A DNA stretch of 64,000 nucleotides, from sequence record LC620505.1; one strand, written 5' to 3'. The translations under genes were made by a program, and so were the position numbers. Under the pieces are notes generated by a model that saw nothing but the letters and a program-made list of their open reading frames with translations, did no database searches and was not told where the DNA came from. Source of the stretch: Escherichia phage NiC89. This document shows positions 33,955 to 43,665 of this stretch, piece by piece; the stretch's first letter is position 1; every line of letters begins with the position of its first letter.

Positions 33955-34731
33955 ATGGCAGTAACAGGACCGTGGGTAGGATCATCTGCAGTAGTTAATA
34001 CAGGACAAAATTGGATGGTTGGCGCGGCCCAACGATTAAGAATGGGTGCTCCATTTTGGATGAGTAATATGATAGGTCGATCTGTTGAAGTAATTCATAC
34101 ACTTGGAGCAGATCATAACTTCAATGGTCAATGGTTCCGAGATAGATGTTTTGAGGCAGGTAGTGCACCTATAGTGTTTAATATCACTGGAGATTTAGTA
34201 TCATATTCTAAAGATGTTCCTTTATTCTTCATGTATGGAGATACACCGAATGAATATGTTCAGTTGAATATACACGGCGTAACGATGTATGGACGTGGCG
34301 GTAATGGTGGTAGCAATAGTCCTGGTTCAGCTGGGGGCCATTGTATTCAAAATGATATTGGTGGGAGACTAAGAATTAATAATGGTGGAGCTATTGCTGG
34401 AGGTGGCGGCGGTGGCGGCGGCGGATATTATTCTCCTTTTTCACAAATGAGATTGACTTTTGGAGGTGGCGGCGGGCGTCCGTTTGGCGCACCGGGCGGA
34501 TCTATTGATATGCAATCAGGAGCAACTGCTGGTACTATTTCTGCGCCAGGCGCAGGGTCTGTGAACGGTATCTATAGCGGCGGTGGCGGCGGCGAAGTTG
34601 GCTCCGCAGGAGGTAGATGTAATATTCGTGGTCAAGGATCTGAATACGATGGCGGAGCTGCTGGTTATGCCGTCATAGGGTCTACACCGACATGGCAAAA
34701 CGTTGGAGCAATATATGGTCCAAGAGTATAA
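33955..34731 (+). CDS. 38: T2-type receptor-binding adhesin gp38 (glycine-rich motifs)
   Basis: Poly-Gly blocks ([39 protein letters not shown]) separating variable segments; SD GGAGG before ATG 33955 (track start 33943 is TTG). Confidence 0.85.
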   Translation: MAVTGPWVGSSAVVNTGQNWMVGAAQRLRMGAPFWMSNMIGRSVEVIHTLGADHNFNGQWFRDRCFEAGSAPIVFNITGDLVSYSKDVPLFFMYGDTPNEYVQLNIHGVTMYGRGGNGGSNSPGSAGGHCIQNDIGGRLRINNGGAIAGGGGGGGGGYYSPFSQMRLTFGGGGGRPFGAPGGSIDMQSGATAGTISAPGAGSVNGIYSGGGGGEVGSAGGRCNIRGQGSEYDGGAAGYAVIGSTPTWQNVGAIYGPRV

Positions 34732-34761
34732 TTTGAATAAATATCCTTAAAAGGAGGGTCT

Positions 34762-35418
34762 ATGGCAGCACCTAGAATATCATTTTCGCCCTCTGATATT
34801 CTATTTGGTGTTCTAGATCGCTTGTTCAAAGATAACGCTACCGGGAAAGTTCTTGCTTCCCGGGTAGCTGTCGTAATTCTTTTGTTTATGATGGCGATTG
34901 TTTGGTATAGGGGAGATAGTTTCTTTGAGTACTATAAGCAATCAAAGTATGAAACATACAGTGAAATTATTGAAAAGGAAAGAAATGCACGCTTTGAATC
35001 TGTCGCCCTGGAACAACTCCAGATAGTTCACATATCATCTGAGGCAGACTTTAGTGCGGTGTATTCTTTCCGCCCTAAAAACTTAAACTATTTTGTCGAT
35101 ATTATAGCATATGAAGGAAAATTACCTTCAACAATAAGTGAAAAATCACTTGGAGGATATCCTGTTGATAAAACTATGGATGAATATGCAGTTCATTTAA
35201 ATGGACGTCATTATTATTCTGATTCAAAATTTGCTTTTTTACCAACTAAAAAGCCTACTCCCGAAATAAATTACATGTACAGTTGTCCATATTTTAATTT
35301 GGATAATATCTATGCTGGAACAATAACCATGTACTGGTATAGAAATGATCATATAAGTAATGACCGCCTTGAATCAATATGTGCTCAGGCGGCCAGAATA
35401 TTAGGAAGGGCTAAATAA
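34762..35418 (+). CDS. t: holin T
   Basis: 218 aa, MAAPRISFSPSDILFGVLDRLFKD... with one TM helix; matches T4 holin. Confidence 0.92.
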   Translation: MAAPRISFSPSDILFGVLDRLFKDNATGKVLASRVAVVILLFMMAIVWYRGDSFFEYYKQSKYETYSEIIEKERNARFESVALEQLQIVHISSEADFSAVYSFRPKNLNYFVDIIAYEGKLPSTISEKSLGGYPVDKTMDEYAVHLNGRHYYSDSKFAFLPTKKPTPEINYMYSCPYFNLDNIYAGTITMYWYRNDHISNDRLESICAQAARILGRAK

Positions 35419-35691
35419 TTATTTGTTTGTATACATTTCTAAATATCTATATACACCCTCAAAACCCTCGTTGAATTCGTCGATGAGGGTTTTCTTATCT
35501 TCTTGAGTTAATTCAGAAACAATTTTACGGAATGAATTCTGATTTAATTTTCTACCTTCATGCATTACTCCAATCTCATTCAGAAATGCAATAAAATTAG
35601 CACGATTCTCAACAATATCTTCTCTGGAAAATTTAATCAAAATAGACGCAACAGTAATAATTTCACGAACTGTATCAATATTTTTATTCAT
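35419..35691 (-). CDS. asiA: anti-sigma-70 factor AsiA
   Basis: 90 aa, MNKNIDTVREIITVASILIKFSREDIVENRANFIAFLNEIG... Confidence 0.92.
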   Translation of the reverse strand: MNKNIDTVREIITVASILIKFSREDIVENRANFIAFLNEIGVMHEGRKLNQNSFRKIVSELTQEDKKTLIDEFNEGFEGVYRYLEMYTNK

Positions 35692-35703
35692 TAACTATAC
35701 CAC

Positions 35704-35856
35704 TCAATTAGTTGACTTTGTTATAATATCATCAGACACTTGATTTGTAAACTGGTCTGTGTTATTTTCTTCAAAAATTTTTTCTACGAATTCCTTGAAC
35801 GACTTACGTTCCTGAGCTACATTATGCTCGATTACTTTTTCAAGATTATGACTCAT
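35704..35856 (-). CDS. hypothetical small protein (50 aa)
   Basis: Not in ORF track (under 60 aa); own translation MSHNLEKVIEHNVAQERKS...; ATGA overlap with arn stop. Confidence 0.4.
   Translation of the reverse strand: MSHNLEKVIEHNVAQERKSFKEFVEKIFEENNTDQFTNQVSDDIITKSTN
35721..35752 (-). promoter_or_regulatory. early-promoter-like element upstream of asiA
   Basis: GTTTAC 35747-35752, 18 nt, TATTAT; lies inside the upstream small ORF. Confidence 0.45.
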
Positions 35857-36131
35857 TCGAAATAATCTTCAATTTCATAATCATGGACATAAATCATTAT
35901 AGTTTTTAATACATCATCAATACTTTTTCCTGGAGCTGGAATTACGTAAAAATATCCTGCTTTTGAGAGGTCTTTATAAGTTCCAATCAAGAAATCATTA
36001 TTCTCAAGATGTAGTTCTTCAACTAATTCATTAACAATTGAGTGGTATAAATTTGGTAGAAACTTATATAGCTTTTCTAGAATATCAATTTTGATTGTGT
36101 ATTGAACCACAGACTGAGAATCAATAATCAT
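35853..36131 (-). CDS. arn: Arn anti-restriction protein (McrBC inhibitor)
   Basis: 92 aa, MIIDSQSVVQYTIKIDILEKLYKFLPNLYH... Confidence 0.85.
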   Translation of the reverse strand: MIIDSQSVVQYTIKIDILEKLYKFLPNLYHSIVNELVEELHLENNDFLIGTYKDLSKAGYFYVIPAPGKSIDDVLKTIMIYVHDYEIEDYFE

Positions 36132-36214
36132 AGACCTTCCCCTTATGTTTCTGTTTGCGATTAGATTCTTTAAACGCTTTCTTCTTATCCTTATGAACAG
36201 AAGCTTTATTAAAA

Positions 36215-36433
36215 TTATGTTTTGCGACTAAATTGTTCATAGTGCTGAATTACCTCTCTTAAACATTTGCATGTGAATGAAAACTTTTTAGCTACACCGC
36301 ATTCAAATATATGTTCTCTTAAATCACGTGTATCAGTATATCCCATCTCAACAATAAAATGCCTTATTAGATTTTTATCTTTATCATTGAGAGAATTAAA
36401 ATAATCAGATTTTGAATTAATTTCCCTGGCCAA
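36215..36433 (-). CDS. hypothetical protein (72 aa)
   Basis: ORF track. Confidence 0.45.
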   Translation of the reverse strand: MAREINSKSDYFNSLNDKDKNLIRHFIVEMGYTDTRDLREHIFECGVAKKFSFTCKCLREVIQHYEQFSRKT

Positions 36434-36713
36434 ATTGAATCACCTTCAGTTGACGTTTTAATTCTTTTATCATTTCTTCGTTCATCGCAATATAAAGATC
36501 GCGTAAAGCAGGTTTTAGCATTCCATTTACCGGAGAACTAAATGGGCATACATAATCTTTTCCTACAAGCTTTTTGGTAAATTCCATATCACAAAATTTA
36601 AATGCTGGCTCATTCGCATAAATTCCCCAATTAGTTGACATCATTTTATTGGCATATTCCAGTGCCTGAATTTGATTCATAATTCCATCGATTTGAAACT
36701 TTTTAATATTCAT
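36417..36713 (-). CDS. hypothetical protein (98 aa)
   Basis: ORF track. Confidence 0.5.
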   Translation of the reverse strand: MNIKKFQIDGIMNQIQALEYANKMMSTNWGIYANEPAFKFCDMEFTKKLVGKDYVCPFSSPVNGMLKPALRDLYIAMNEEMIKELKRQLKVIQFGQGN

Positions 36714-37174
36714 TAGTAAAGGTCCTCAGAGTAAAGTTCTTTTTCACTGCCACCACGTTCAATACGTACTTGTCCAGCGTAAGTTGCAATAATCATTGCT
36801 TCTTCACGTGTCCAATAATTACTGTATTGGTCAATAAACCCTTGGTCATCATCACAAACTTGTTGAGTAACTAATTGAGGTTTAACTACATCTAAAACTT
36901 CTGCCATATCTTTAGAATAATGACGAGCACCAGGAATAACAAGAGTTCGTCCATCTTTTAATTTAAAACGGTTGGCTGCACAGACAATTCGTCGTTGATA
37001 CTTTTGGTTTTCATCCCAATACGCAGTCTGCCAACATATTTCAGGAACTTCATCTAAAACATTTTGTTCTGTATATTCACCGCCGTAAGAAGCTAATTTA
37101 GCAGCCAGACTTTCCGGAGTCTCACGCAACAAAGCTTTATCTAACAGAGCTAAACGTTCTTTAAAAGTTTTCAT
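36713..37174 (-). CDS. hypothetical protein (153 aa)
   Basis: ORF track; ATGA-type junctions. Confidence 0.5.
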   Translation of the reverse strand: MKTFKERLALLDKALLRETPESLAAKLASYGGEYTEQNVLDEVPEICWQTAYWDENQKYQRRIVCAANRFKLKDGRTLVIPGARHYSKDMAEVLDVVKPQLVTQQVCDDDQGFIDQYSNYWTREEAMIIATYAGQVRIERGGSEKELYSEDLY

Positions 37175-37500
37175 TTAAACCATCCTTTAATACGTTGCCA
37201 CAAAGTTTTCTGTTGAGCTTTGTTAACACCAATTGAGCGAATAACTGGTTGAGATTCCTGGAATTCTTTATAATCGGCAAGGTAAATTTCGTAAGCTGCA
37301 TCTGTAAAGGAACTTATCGCTGCCATGAAATTATTGCGAATACCTATTGGAGCATCTTTACTTTCACGAATAATCATGTATTTACCAGTCTTAATCTTTA
37401 CAATAGTTCCAAGATAAGCTCCATGGTACCAAATATCCCAACCCTCTTGAGTAGGTTCTGCACAACGACGAAGTTCATTGACAATTTCTAACTTGTTCAT
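37171..37500 (-). CDS. hypothetical protein (109 aa)
   Basis: ORF track. Confidence 0.5.
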   Translation of the reverse strand: MNKLEIVNELRRCAEPTQEGWDIWYHGAYLGTIVKIKTGKYMIIRESKDAPIGIRNNFMAAISSFTDAAYEIYLADYKEFQESQPVIRSIGVNKAQQKTLWQRIKGWFK

Positions 37501-37510
37501 TATTTATTCC

Positions 37511-38146
37511 TCACAGTTCAGATGCTACAGTGATTACAGCTTCAATGTTTTCTGCCGAGCGTTTAATGTCAAGATACACATTACCGTTTTTAGCGATTTT
37601 ACATGACATTCCGATATCAGTAAATTTCTGAATATGATGTTCCATCATTTTGTATCCAAAAATTCGCATATTTCCATTGTTGTTAATTTCAAAATTACGA
37701 ATTCCGTGAGTACGTTTTTCTAAAATAGCGAGATAGTTACTACGATAAGTTTCAACCTTTTTAAGAACAAATCCATTTTCATCTAAAAGTTTTAACATGA
37801 AGTCTTTATCTTCTTCCATATCAGAAGTAATCTCACGAGCTTTACGAGTTGCTCGTTTTTTCAGTAGTTCCGGAGCATTTTCCTGTGCGTATAAAGTTGC
37901 TGCGTTTGAAATAATATCCTGAGCTTCACCAGTAATGATTAATCCATCACCAGATTTCTCCACCAGGCCTTTTTTAATCAATACCCCAATATTACTATTA
38001 ACTACTGCGTTACCTAAATCTGGATGCACCTCACGAACTTCTGCAGCTGTAATGAAATCTTTCTTAGCAATAGTAATTAAAATCGCAGCAGTTTTTTCAT
38101 TCAGAACATCGTTAGAAGCTTTGATGATGTAAGTTACTTTAGACAT
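37511..38146 (-). CDS. motA: middle-transcription activator MotA
   Basis: 211 aa, MSKVTYIIKASNDVLNEKTAAILITIAKKDFITAAEVREV... Confidence 0.92.
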   Translation of the reverse strand: MSKVTYIIKASNDVLNEKTAAILITIAKKDFITAAEVREVHPDLGNAVVNSNIGVLIKKGLVEKSGDGLIITGEAQDIISNAATLYAQENAPELLKKRATRKAREITSDMEEDKDFMLKLLDENGFVLKKVETYRSNYLAILEKRTHGIRNFEINNNGNMRIFGYKMMEHHIQKFTDIGMSCKIAKNGNVYLDIKRSAENIEAVITVASEL

Positions 38147-38186
38147 TTTCTAATCTCCGTAATTCTGTATCAGTAGTTGATAGTTG

Positions 38187-38217
38187 TATAGTACCACAGT
38201 ATGCTTTGGTTGTAAAC
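38187..38217 (-). promoter_or_regulatory. early-promoter-like element upstream of motA (conserved long form)
   Basis: T-tract/A-tract UP-like region, GTTTAC 38212-38217, TGGTACTATAC; follows a terminator. Confidence 0.55.
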
Positions 38218-38244
38218 CGTTTTGTGAAAAAAAAAAAATTAAAA

Positions 38245-38272
38245 TAAAAAAGGGAGAGCCGAGGCTCTCCCT
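38245..38272 (-). terminator. rho-independent terminator between the gene 52 region and the motA promoter
   Basis: AGGGAGAGCC-UC-GGCUCUCCCU hairpin followed by U-run. Confidence 0.65.
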
Positions 38273-38276
38273 AAAA

Positions 38277-38426
38277 TTACTGCATGACTGTGATAACTGT
38301 CATGATAACACGTTGAATTCCGAACGCAAGAAGACCTCCTGCTACGGCTGGAACAACACCTAAACCCGTCAGTAAAATGCTACCGGATACTAATGCAGCG
38401 CTTGTAATACCTATGAATGGACTCAT
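38277..38426 (-). CDS. small hydrophobic membrane protein (49 aa)
   Basis: Own translation MSPFIGITSAALVSGSILLTGLGVVPAVAGGLLAFGIQRVIMTVITVMQ; ATGA overlap with gene 52 stop; terminator downstream. Confidence 0.5.
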   Translation of the reverse strand: MSPFIGITSAALVSGSILLTGLGVVPAVAGGLLAFGIQRVIMTVITVMQ

Positions 38427-39751
38427 TTGATTTCCTCTAAATCTTTGGTGTATTCTGTAACTACATTAGTAGTTTTCCAATATTCGTTTTCTTCTTTTTT
38501 AGCTTTAGCTTCTTCAGCAAGTTTCTTTGCTTCGTCGGAAGTCATATGAAAAATATTCATTCCAACTAATTTATCAACATAAGAAGAATACATCTCAATT
38601 TTAGAAAGTTCTTCGGTCAGTTCTTTGCGAGTTTTACCCTGTACAACGATTTCACCTGAAATTACTTTCTTAATGAAATGTGCCTTGGCAAAGGCTAAAC
38701 GAAATGCTGATTCAGTTTCTTTGATTTTGTTATCAATTCGTTTTTGGACATAAGTTTTACGAACTTCAACAAAGTCTTTAATTAAATCAACTACGTTATC
38801 GTAAACTTGCAGCTTTCCTTTCTCATTAATGACTGTAATATTTTGGGAACGACGCTCAATCAACCCGAAGTCTTTCATGATTTTTGCATGGCGTTCTTCT
38901 TCGTTATCACTCAAAGCGTATTCTTTGCGGAATTTAACTTTAAAGCCAAAGCCATGCTCACCACAAGCATCATCCCACGTAATGAAGCCTTTATCTTCAA
39001 GTGGGTCTAAGATTTTACTCACATAAGTTTCACGATCATACTTATACGGAATCTCAGTGATATGCATTTGAGTTCGTGAAGTAAACTTATATGTTCCACG
39101 AATTTCATATTGTCCATCAATTTCAACGACTTCACCGCGAAATTCTGGGAATTCTACCTTCGGTTTAGTTACTTTCTTTCCTTGAAGAACTTGTAATACA
39201 GCTTTCTTGACAGAAGAAACACTATGAGGAAGAATGTAAGTTGCATAACCAGTTGCAATACCGGAAACACCATTAAGAAGAACAGTAGGAATAATAGGCA
39301 AATAGAAAGTAGGCGGAATGTGTTCTTTATCTTGATGTACCGGAGCATATTCAGTATCTTTATATACGTTATAGAAATTTTTACTTACACGAGCAAAAAT
39401 ATAACGACTTGCTGCTGCTTTTTGGACGGTACGAGAACCAAAGTTTCCTTGACCATCTAACAGAGGAAAGTTATTATTCCAAGTGTTAGCCATCAAAGCA
39501 CCTGCGTCTTGTGCAGAGTTTTCGCCATGGTGATATCCAAGGTCCGCTACACCACCTGCAATAGAAGCGAGTTTGTGAAACTTATCTTTATTTCCTCGTG
39601 CCAAATCAAGAGCTCGAGCAATAACAAATCGTTGAACTGGCTTAAATCCATCAATCATATTTGGAATAGCACGATTTTCAACCGTGTACATAGCATAAGC
39701 CAATGCTTCATTATCAATGATACTTTTTAAATCGCGATTATTCAGTTGCAT
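38423..39751 (-). CDS. 52: DNA topoisomerase II medium subunit gp52
   Basis: 442 aa, MQLNNRDLKSIIDNEALAYAMYTVENRAIPNMIDGFKPVQRF... (GyrA-like). Confidence 0.95.
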   Translation of the reverse strand: MQLNNRDLKSIIDNEALAYAMYTVENRAIPNMIDGFKPVQRFVIARALDLARGNKDKFHKLASIAGGVADLGYHHGENSAQDAGALMANTWNNNFPLLDGQGNFGSRTVQKAAASRYIFARVSKNFYNVYKDTEYAPVHQDKEHIPPTFYLPIIPTVLLNGVSGIATGYATYILPHSVSSVKKAVLQVLQGKKVTKPKVEFPEFRGEVVEIDGQYEIRGTYKFTSRTQMHITEIPYKYDRETYVSKILDPLEDKGFITWDDACGEHGFGFKVKFRKEYALSDNEEERHAKIMKDFGLIERRSQNITVINEKGKLQVYDNVVDLIKDFVEVRKTYVQKRIDNKIKETESAFRLAFAKAHFIKKVISGEIVVQGKTRKELTEELSKIEMYSSYVDKLVGMNIFHMTSDEAKKLAEEAKAKKEENEYWKTTNVVTEYTKDLEEIK

Positions 39752-39755
39752 AAAT

Positions 39756-39896
39756 TTACCATACTAGTGAATGTAGTGCCATAATAACATCAGAAATGAA
39801 AAGCACGACTTGAATTAATCCGAACATTACTCCATAATATAGTGCTACTAATAAAGCAGCAAGGGCTAATGAATAGCCCAAGATTTTCTTAATCAT
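39756..39896 (-). CDS. small hydrophobic membrane protein (46 aa)
   Basis: Own translation MIKKILGYSLALAALLVALYYGVMFGLIQVVLF... Confidence 0.4.
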   Translation of the reverse strand: MIKKILGYSLALAALLVALYYGVMFGLIQVVLFISDVIMALHSLVW

Positions 39897-40041
39897 TTTT
39901 ATTTAATAGCCAAAACAATAATAAAATTGCTAATACGCCTTGAGCTGTTGCTTGTAAAAATACTGAAGTTTCTCCAGTTATTACTGTTCCGGCGAATAAA
40001 AAGGACCAGCAGAAAAAGGCTATACCATAAACAAATTTCAT
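39889..40041 (-). CDS. ac: small membrane protein (50 aa), possibly Ac
   Basis: Own translation MKFVYGIAFFCWSFLFAGTVITGETSVFLQATAQGVLAILLLFWLLNKND; size and position next to stp fit T4 ac. Confidence 0.4.
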   Translation of the reverse strand: MKFVYGIAFFCWSFLFAGTVITGETSVFLQATAQGVLAILLLFWLLNKND

Positions 40042-40051
40042 ATTTTCCTCA

Positions 40052-40129
40052 TTAGCGTCCGAAGACGCCTTTAGTTTTAAAATTATTACGATAGAACTGC
40101 ATCACATGTTCGTTATGGAAATTACTCAT
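40052..40129 (-). CDS. stp: Stp peptide (25 aa)
   Basis: Own translation [25 protein letters not shown] matches remembered T4 Stp; TAATG overlap with ndd stop. Confidence 0.75.
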   Translation of the reverse strand: MSNFHNEHVMQFYRNNFKTKGVFGR

Positions 40130-40572
40130 TAATATGCCTGCAAAACGAATTTAAAGTTATCAGCCAACATACGGTTCATTTCTTCAAGTGTTTGATACTC
40201 AGAATGATGATTACGAGTAAACGCTAAAGCTAACTGACCTTTACCAAATCCCGTCGTCAGAGGTTTCATCTTAGAAGCAGGCAGATAAAATACTGTGTAT
40301 GCCATATTGTTATTTGCAATAGTACGCGCAAGCTGAGACCGGCGTTGACGAATATGACTTAGAACTGCGCTGAATCCTTGCTTAGAACGCTGATTACCAA
40401 CATAAAATCGTGCAGACACACATGAACCATCGAATTCACTTACTAAAAAGTAAAATCCAGGTTTAGACAAAATGTCTTTATGCGGAGTTCCCAAAAACCA
40501 CTCACCGCCCTTGATTGTACCAATAACAGTAGCGCCTGCATTATTCAGATCAGTAACAGTCATATATTTCAT
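40129..40572 (-). CDS. ndd: nucleoid disruption protein Ndd
   Basis: Trimmed to [18 protein letters not shown]... (147 aa) with SD AGAGGAAATTAAT. Confidence 0.75.
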   Translation of the reverse strand: MKYMTVTDLNNAGATVIGTIKGGEWFLGTPHKDILSKPGFYFLVSEFDGSCVSARFYVGNQRSKQGFSAVLSHIRQRRSQLARTIANNNMAYTVFYLPASKMKPLTTGFGKGQLALAFTRNHHSEYQTLEEMNRMLADNFKFVLQAY

Positions 40573-40632
40573 ATTAATTTCCTCTAAATTATTTTCTACT
40601 CCAAGGCCGCATGAATACACACGGCCATTAAA

Positions 40633-40848
40633 TTACTCGTCGCAGTCGACGCTCAATTCCCAGAATTCTTCTACGGTATAAGTTTCAGTATCATTTTCAA
40701 TACAGAAACGTTCATTACTATTATTTGCTAAAGTAGCATTAACTGTCGGTTTCTCGCTAGTGCTCTTAAGAGGTGAAATACGAATTAACTGATCACCGTT
40801 ATCTAAACAAAAAATTTCACCAACTTTTACATCTTTAAAACTTTTCAT
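40633..40848 (-). CDS. hypothetical protein (71 aa)
   Basis: ORF track; SD GAGGTGAATT. Confidence 0.5.
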   Translation of the reverse strand: MKSFKDVKVGEIFCLDNGDQLIRISPLKSTSEKPTVNATLANNSNERFCIENDTETYTVEEFWELSVDCDE

Positions 40849-40963
40849 AATTCACCTCAAGGAGTATAAAATCCGAATGCAGTTGTTGACCATCCCATCC
40901 AATATGGAAAATTTGCACCAATGTAAAACATAAGAATATAAAACCAAATGTTTAGTAAATTCA

Positions 40964-41182
40964 TTATTTTACACCATTCCAAATTGTTTCAACTACAGAT
41001 TTTAAACCGTTTTGATGAATATCCATTCCGACTACCGCCATCAAATAGATTCCAACTACAACTGAACCTAAGGCAAAAATCAGCATAAAAATGAATAAAG
41101 CCGGAAAAATATTATCGAAAAACCATTCAATAAATGTAAAAGCACTGCGTTTACGCTTCATATTTTCCTCACATAAATCCAA
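40964..41182 (-). CDS. hypothetical membrane protein (72 aa)
   Basis: Two hydrophobic segments. Confidence 0.45.
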   Translation of the reverse strand: MDLCEENMKRKRSAFTFIEWFFDNIFPALFIFMLIFALGSVVVGIYLMAVVGMDIHQNGLKSVVETIWNGVK

Positions 41183-41282
41183 AGTAAACGTTTAATACAT
41201 CAATCATTAAAACGATTGGGAATATACTCAAAACTACTAGTATTATAACTACATTCCATATAGCTTTAACAATCTTTTTCAT
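41169..41282 (-). CDS. small hydrophobic protein (37 aa)
   Basis: Trimmed from track ORF 41169..41417 to MKKIVKAIWNVVIILVVLSIFPIVL... with SD GGAGG; the track N-terminus lies over promoter sequence. Confidence 0.35.
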   Translation of the reverse strand: MKKIVKAIWNVVIILVVLSIFPIVLMIDVLNVYFGFM

Positions 41283-41310
41283 TTTCTGTTCCTCCGTAGT
41301 TGATAGGGTA

Positions 41311-41341
41311 ATAGTACCACGGAAGAACAGTCTTGTAAACA
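41311..41341 (-). promoter_or_regulatory. early-promoter-like element
   Basis: GTTTAC 41336-41341, TGGTACTATTAC. Confidence 0.45.
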
Positions 41342-41525
41342 ACTTTTTTAAAAATATTCGTAATAAATGTGAATACCAACTACTACCGCTGAAACCTGCG
41401 CAACCCACCACGCGCAAGCAATAAGTACAGAATTCAAAATTTTCATAATAACCTCATTACAAAAGTAAATGTTAAACAAATTAATGGAATACTAATTAAC
41501 CAAACGAAACACCACCATAATGAAC

Positions 41526-41801
41526 TCATAGCTCAATCTCAGCGATTTTCATTTCATTACTATTAATAGCCGCTTTAAGACTATCTGAAAGAATTACATT
41601 CCAGTGGTCATTCATATGACCATTAACTAAGCGTGTAATTTCTTCAGGAGTTGAAAAATAAGGCTGATCAGACTCCCAATGCGATAATCCTAAGCGAGTA
41701 TAAATCATGCCTTCATCATCACTAGAATATTCAACTGACACAAACTCATCAGTTATTTTATGCTTAGCATAATAAAATTTAAATTTCATTTTACTCTCCA
41801 A
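41526..41801 (-). CDS. hypothetical protein (91 aa)
   Basis: ORF track; promoter-like element upstream. Confidence 0.5.
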   Translation of the reverse strand: MESKMKFKFYYAKHKITDEFVSVEYSSDDEGMIYTRLGLSHWESDQPYFSTPEEITRLVNGHMNDHWNVILSDSLKAAINSNEMKIAEIEL

Positions 41802-41831
41802 ATCCGTATCAGTTGATAGTTGTATAGTACC

Positions 41832-41862
41832 ACGGTCCTTGTGGTATGTAAACCGTTTTGTG
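41832..41862 (-). promoter_or_regulatory. early-promoter-like element (conserved long form)
   Basis: GTTTAC 41857-41862, TGGTACTATAC. Confidence 0.5.
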
Positions 41863-41870
41863 AAAAATTT

Positions 41871-42428
41871 TTAAATGGAAAGATACCATCCGTTGTAGTT
41901 GCTTTTTCTTACAACCTTACGAAGGTCTTCTCTGCCACCGATGAACTTCGGAGTGTACTGGATGACACCTGGATGAATTTCTTTAGTGTTGAATATAATT
42001 ATACAGTCAGCGACTTGATGATTTAGAATGGGCCCTAAATTTATTCCAGAACCATATGGATACTCTCCGCTGCATCCCGTTGTTACCGAAATCCAACGCG
42101 AGTCAGTTTGATGTGTTTTGACTTCTACACGAAGCCCGCAATATTTTGGATGCGCTAAAACATCCCATGCATACGTGTACGGATCATCGACATTTTCTTG
42201 GCCTTTATTGACATATCCGCTTAGCCAATCTGCCACAAAAAACTCTGCGTACACAGCGATACGGCATCTTTCGATAACTTCTGCTTTATCCTGGTTCGGG
42301 TTTTGTTTTAAAGAGTATCTTGCTGTATCAGCAATTTTGACCTTCATTTCACTAGTCAAGTCACTGTTCGATAGGGTAAATGTCGGAATCTGAAATAGTC
42401 TCTGTAAACCCGGATTCGTTTTCTGCAT
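41871..42428 (-). CDS. denB: endonuclease IV (DenB-like)
   Basis: 185 aa; size and position upstream of ndd region and downstream of rIIB match T4 denB. Confidence 0.6.
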   Translation of the reverse strand: MQKTNPGLQRLFQIPTFTLSNSDLTSEMKVKIADTARYSLKQNPNQDKAEVIERCRIAVYAEFFVADWLSGYVNKGQENVDDPYTYAWDVLAHPKYCGLRVEVKTHQTDSRWISVTTGCSGEYPYGSGINLGPILNHQVADCIIIFNTKEIHPGVIQYTPKFIGGREDLRKVVRKSNYNGWYLSI

Positions 42429-42461
42429 TAAACTTTCCTTTTACGTCGGAATCATAATTTC

Positions 42462-42488
42462 TCTTAAAACAAAAGGGCCGAAGCCCTT
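42462..42488 (-). terminator. terminator-like hairpin upstream of denB
   Basis: GGGC-UUCG-GCCC hairpin followed by UUUUGUUUU. Confidence 0.45.
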
Positions 42489-42491
42489 ATT

Positions 42492-42686
42492 TTATTTGAA
42501 TTGTGCGATTCTTTTCTCTAGACACTCAGCATAAGATTTCATTGAGATGAACTGTGAAAGCAGCAGTTCTTGCTCAACTGCACTAACCGTTAGAAACTTT
42601 GTGCTTTCTAAAAATTTGCTCAGTGCATTAATTTTGAGCATTAATTGATCGTATTCTTCTTTTACTCGTGCTTGATAACCTAACAT
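42492..42686 (-). CDS. hypothetical protein (64 aa)
   Basis: ORF track; flanked by UUCG hairpins. Confidence 0.45.
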   Translation of the reverse strand: MLGYQARVKEEYDQLMLKINALSKFLESTKFLTVSAVEQELLLSQFISMKSYAECLEKRIAQFK

Positions 42687-42701
42687 AAATTTCCTTTAGT
42701 C

Positions 42702-42717
42702 AAGGGCCGAAGCCCTT
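42702..42717 (-). promoter_or_regulatory. UUCG-tetraloop hairpin overlapping the rIIB stop codon
   Basis: AAGGGC-UUCG-GCCCUU on minus strand. Confidence 0.4.
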
Positions 42718-43654
42718 ATTTAAATTGTTCAGTAACGTCTTCAACTACTTCGTATTGGCAGGTACGCATTTTAGCATCGTTGTAATCAATCGGAATTGAT
42801 ACTACATCACGTGGATGTACTTTAACTTTTACAACTCGGCTGGTTGAACTGCCAAAGTGACGAATATAAGATTTAGAACACACATGCAGACCACGAGAAC
42901 AAGTTTGTGTATCATCGTCATTCACACGAGTACGTGGCATTTTAACTACTTTACCAGGACTGTTATCAAAGGTGTTTGAGTGACAGTCAAAGTAGTTGTC
43001 ACGAACTACTTTCCAAGCATAGAAGTAACCATCTTCTGTAATTTCAATATCGTTTGCTACCAAGAAATCAAAGAGTCGAGATACCGCTTTCTGGCTTGGG
43101 TTTTCCAGCAGATTTTCCAAGAACGGAAAATAAAATTCAAAGTTTTCACCTTTTTCCATTGAATCGAGAATACGATCAACTAAACCAGACCGTAATTCGA
43201 TATTTTGATAGAACAAGCTTCCGCCTTCAATTCGAACATCGCCGGAAATATATTTTTCAACAGCGCGACGAACATTAATTTTTTGTGCCGCTTCTTCCAA
43301 CTTATCTGCTACAAGCAGATTAAGAATTTCCTGGAAGTTTGAATGAGTATTAGGAGTTGCGTTATAAGTTACACCGTCAACAGTAATTGAAATGAATTTT
43401 TTAGATGCATTCCAAATAATGTCAGATTTAGCAACTGGAGCAATAACTGCATCGCTATTAACTTTAATTGTAATATCACCGCTAATAGTAACTTTAGAGC
43501 GTTTAGCTTCTTCAGCATTTTTCAAAACACGACGAATTGTGTCAACCGATACACCTTGCCAATCAGCCAATTCCTGTTGGGTGTAATTACCGCTTGAATA
43601 CAATTTAACAATTTCAGCTTGTTCGTTTTTGGTCAGGCATTTAATATTGTACAT
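42716..43654 (-). CDS. rIIB: rIIB protein
   Basis: 312 aa, MYNIKCLTKNEQAEIVKLYSSGNYTQQELADWQGVSVDTIRR... Confidence 0.92.
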   Translation of the reverse strand: MYNIKCLTKNEQAEIVKLYSSGNYTQQELADWQGVSVDTIRRVLKNAEEAKRSKVTISGDITIKVNSDAVIAPVAKSDIIWNASKKFISITVDGVTYNATPNTHSNFQEILNLLVADKLEEAAQKINVRRAVEKYISGDVRIEGGSLFYQNIELRSGLVDRILDSMEKGENFEFYFPFLENLLENPSQKAVSRLFDFLVANDIEITEDGYFYAWKVVRDNYFDCHSNTFDNSPGKVVKMPRTRVNDDDTQTCSRGLHVCSKSYIRHFGSSTSRVVKVKVHPRDVVSIPIDYNDAKMRTCQYEVVEDVTEQFK

Positions 43655-43665
43655 AATTTTCCTTA

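Noticed and set aside
34516-34698. Minus-strand 60-aa ORF inside gene 38
   Set aside because: Antisense of the GC-rich glycine-motif region.
34725-34760. Late promoter for holin t (gaataaatat)
   Set aside because: Not an exact TATAAATA; left uncalled.
35711-35726. Plus-strand TTGACT...TATAAT that looks like a sigma-70 promoter
   Set aside because: Spacer is only 4 nt and no plus-strand gene follows; the same bases form the -10 region of the minus-strand asiA promoter.
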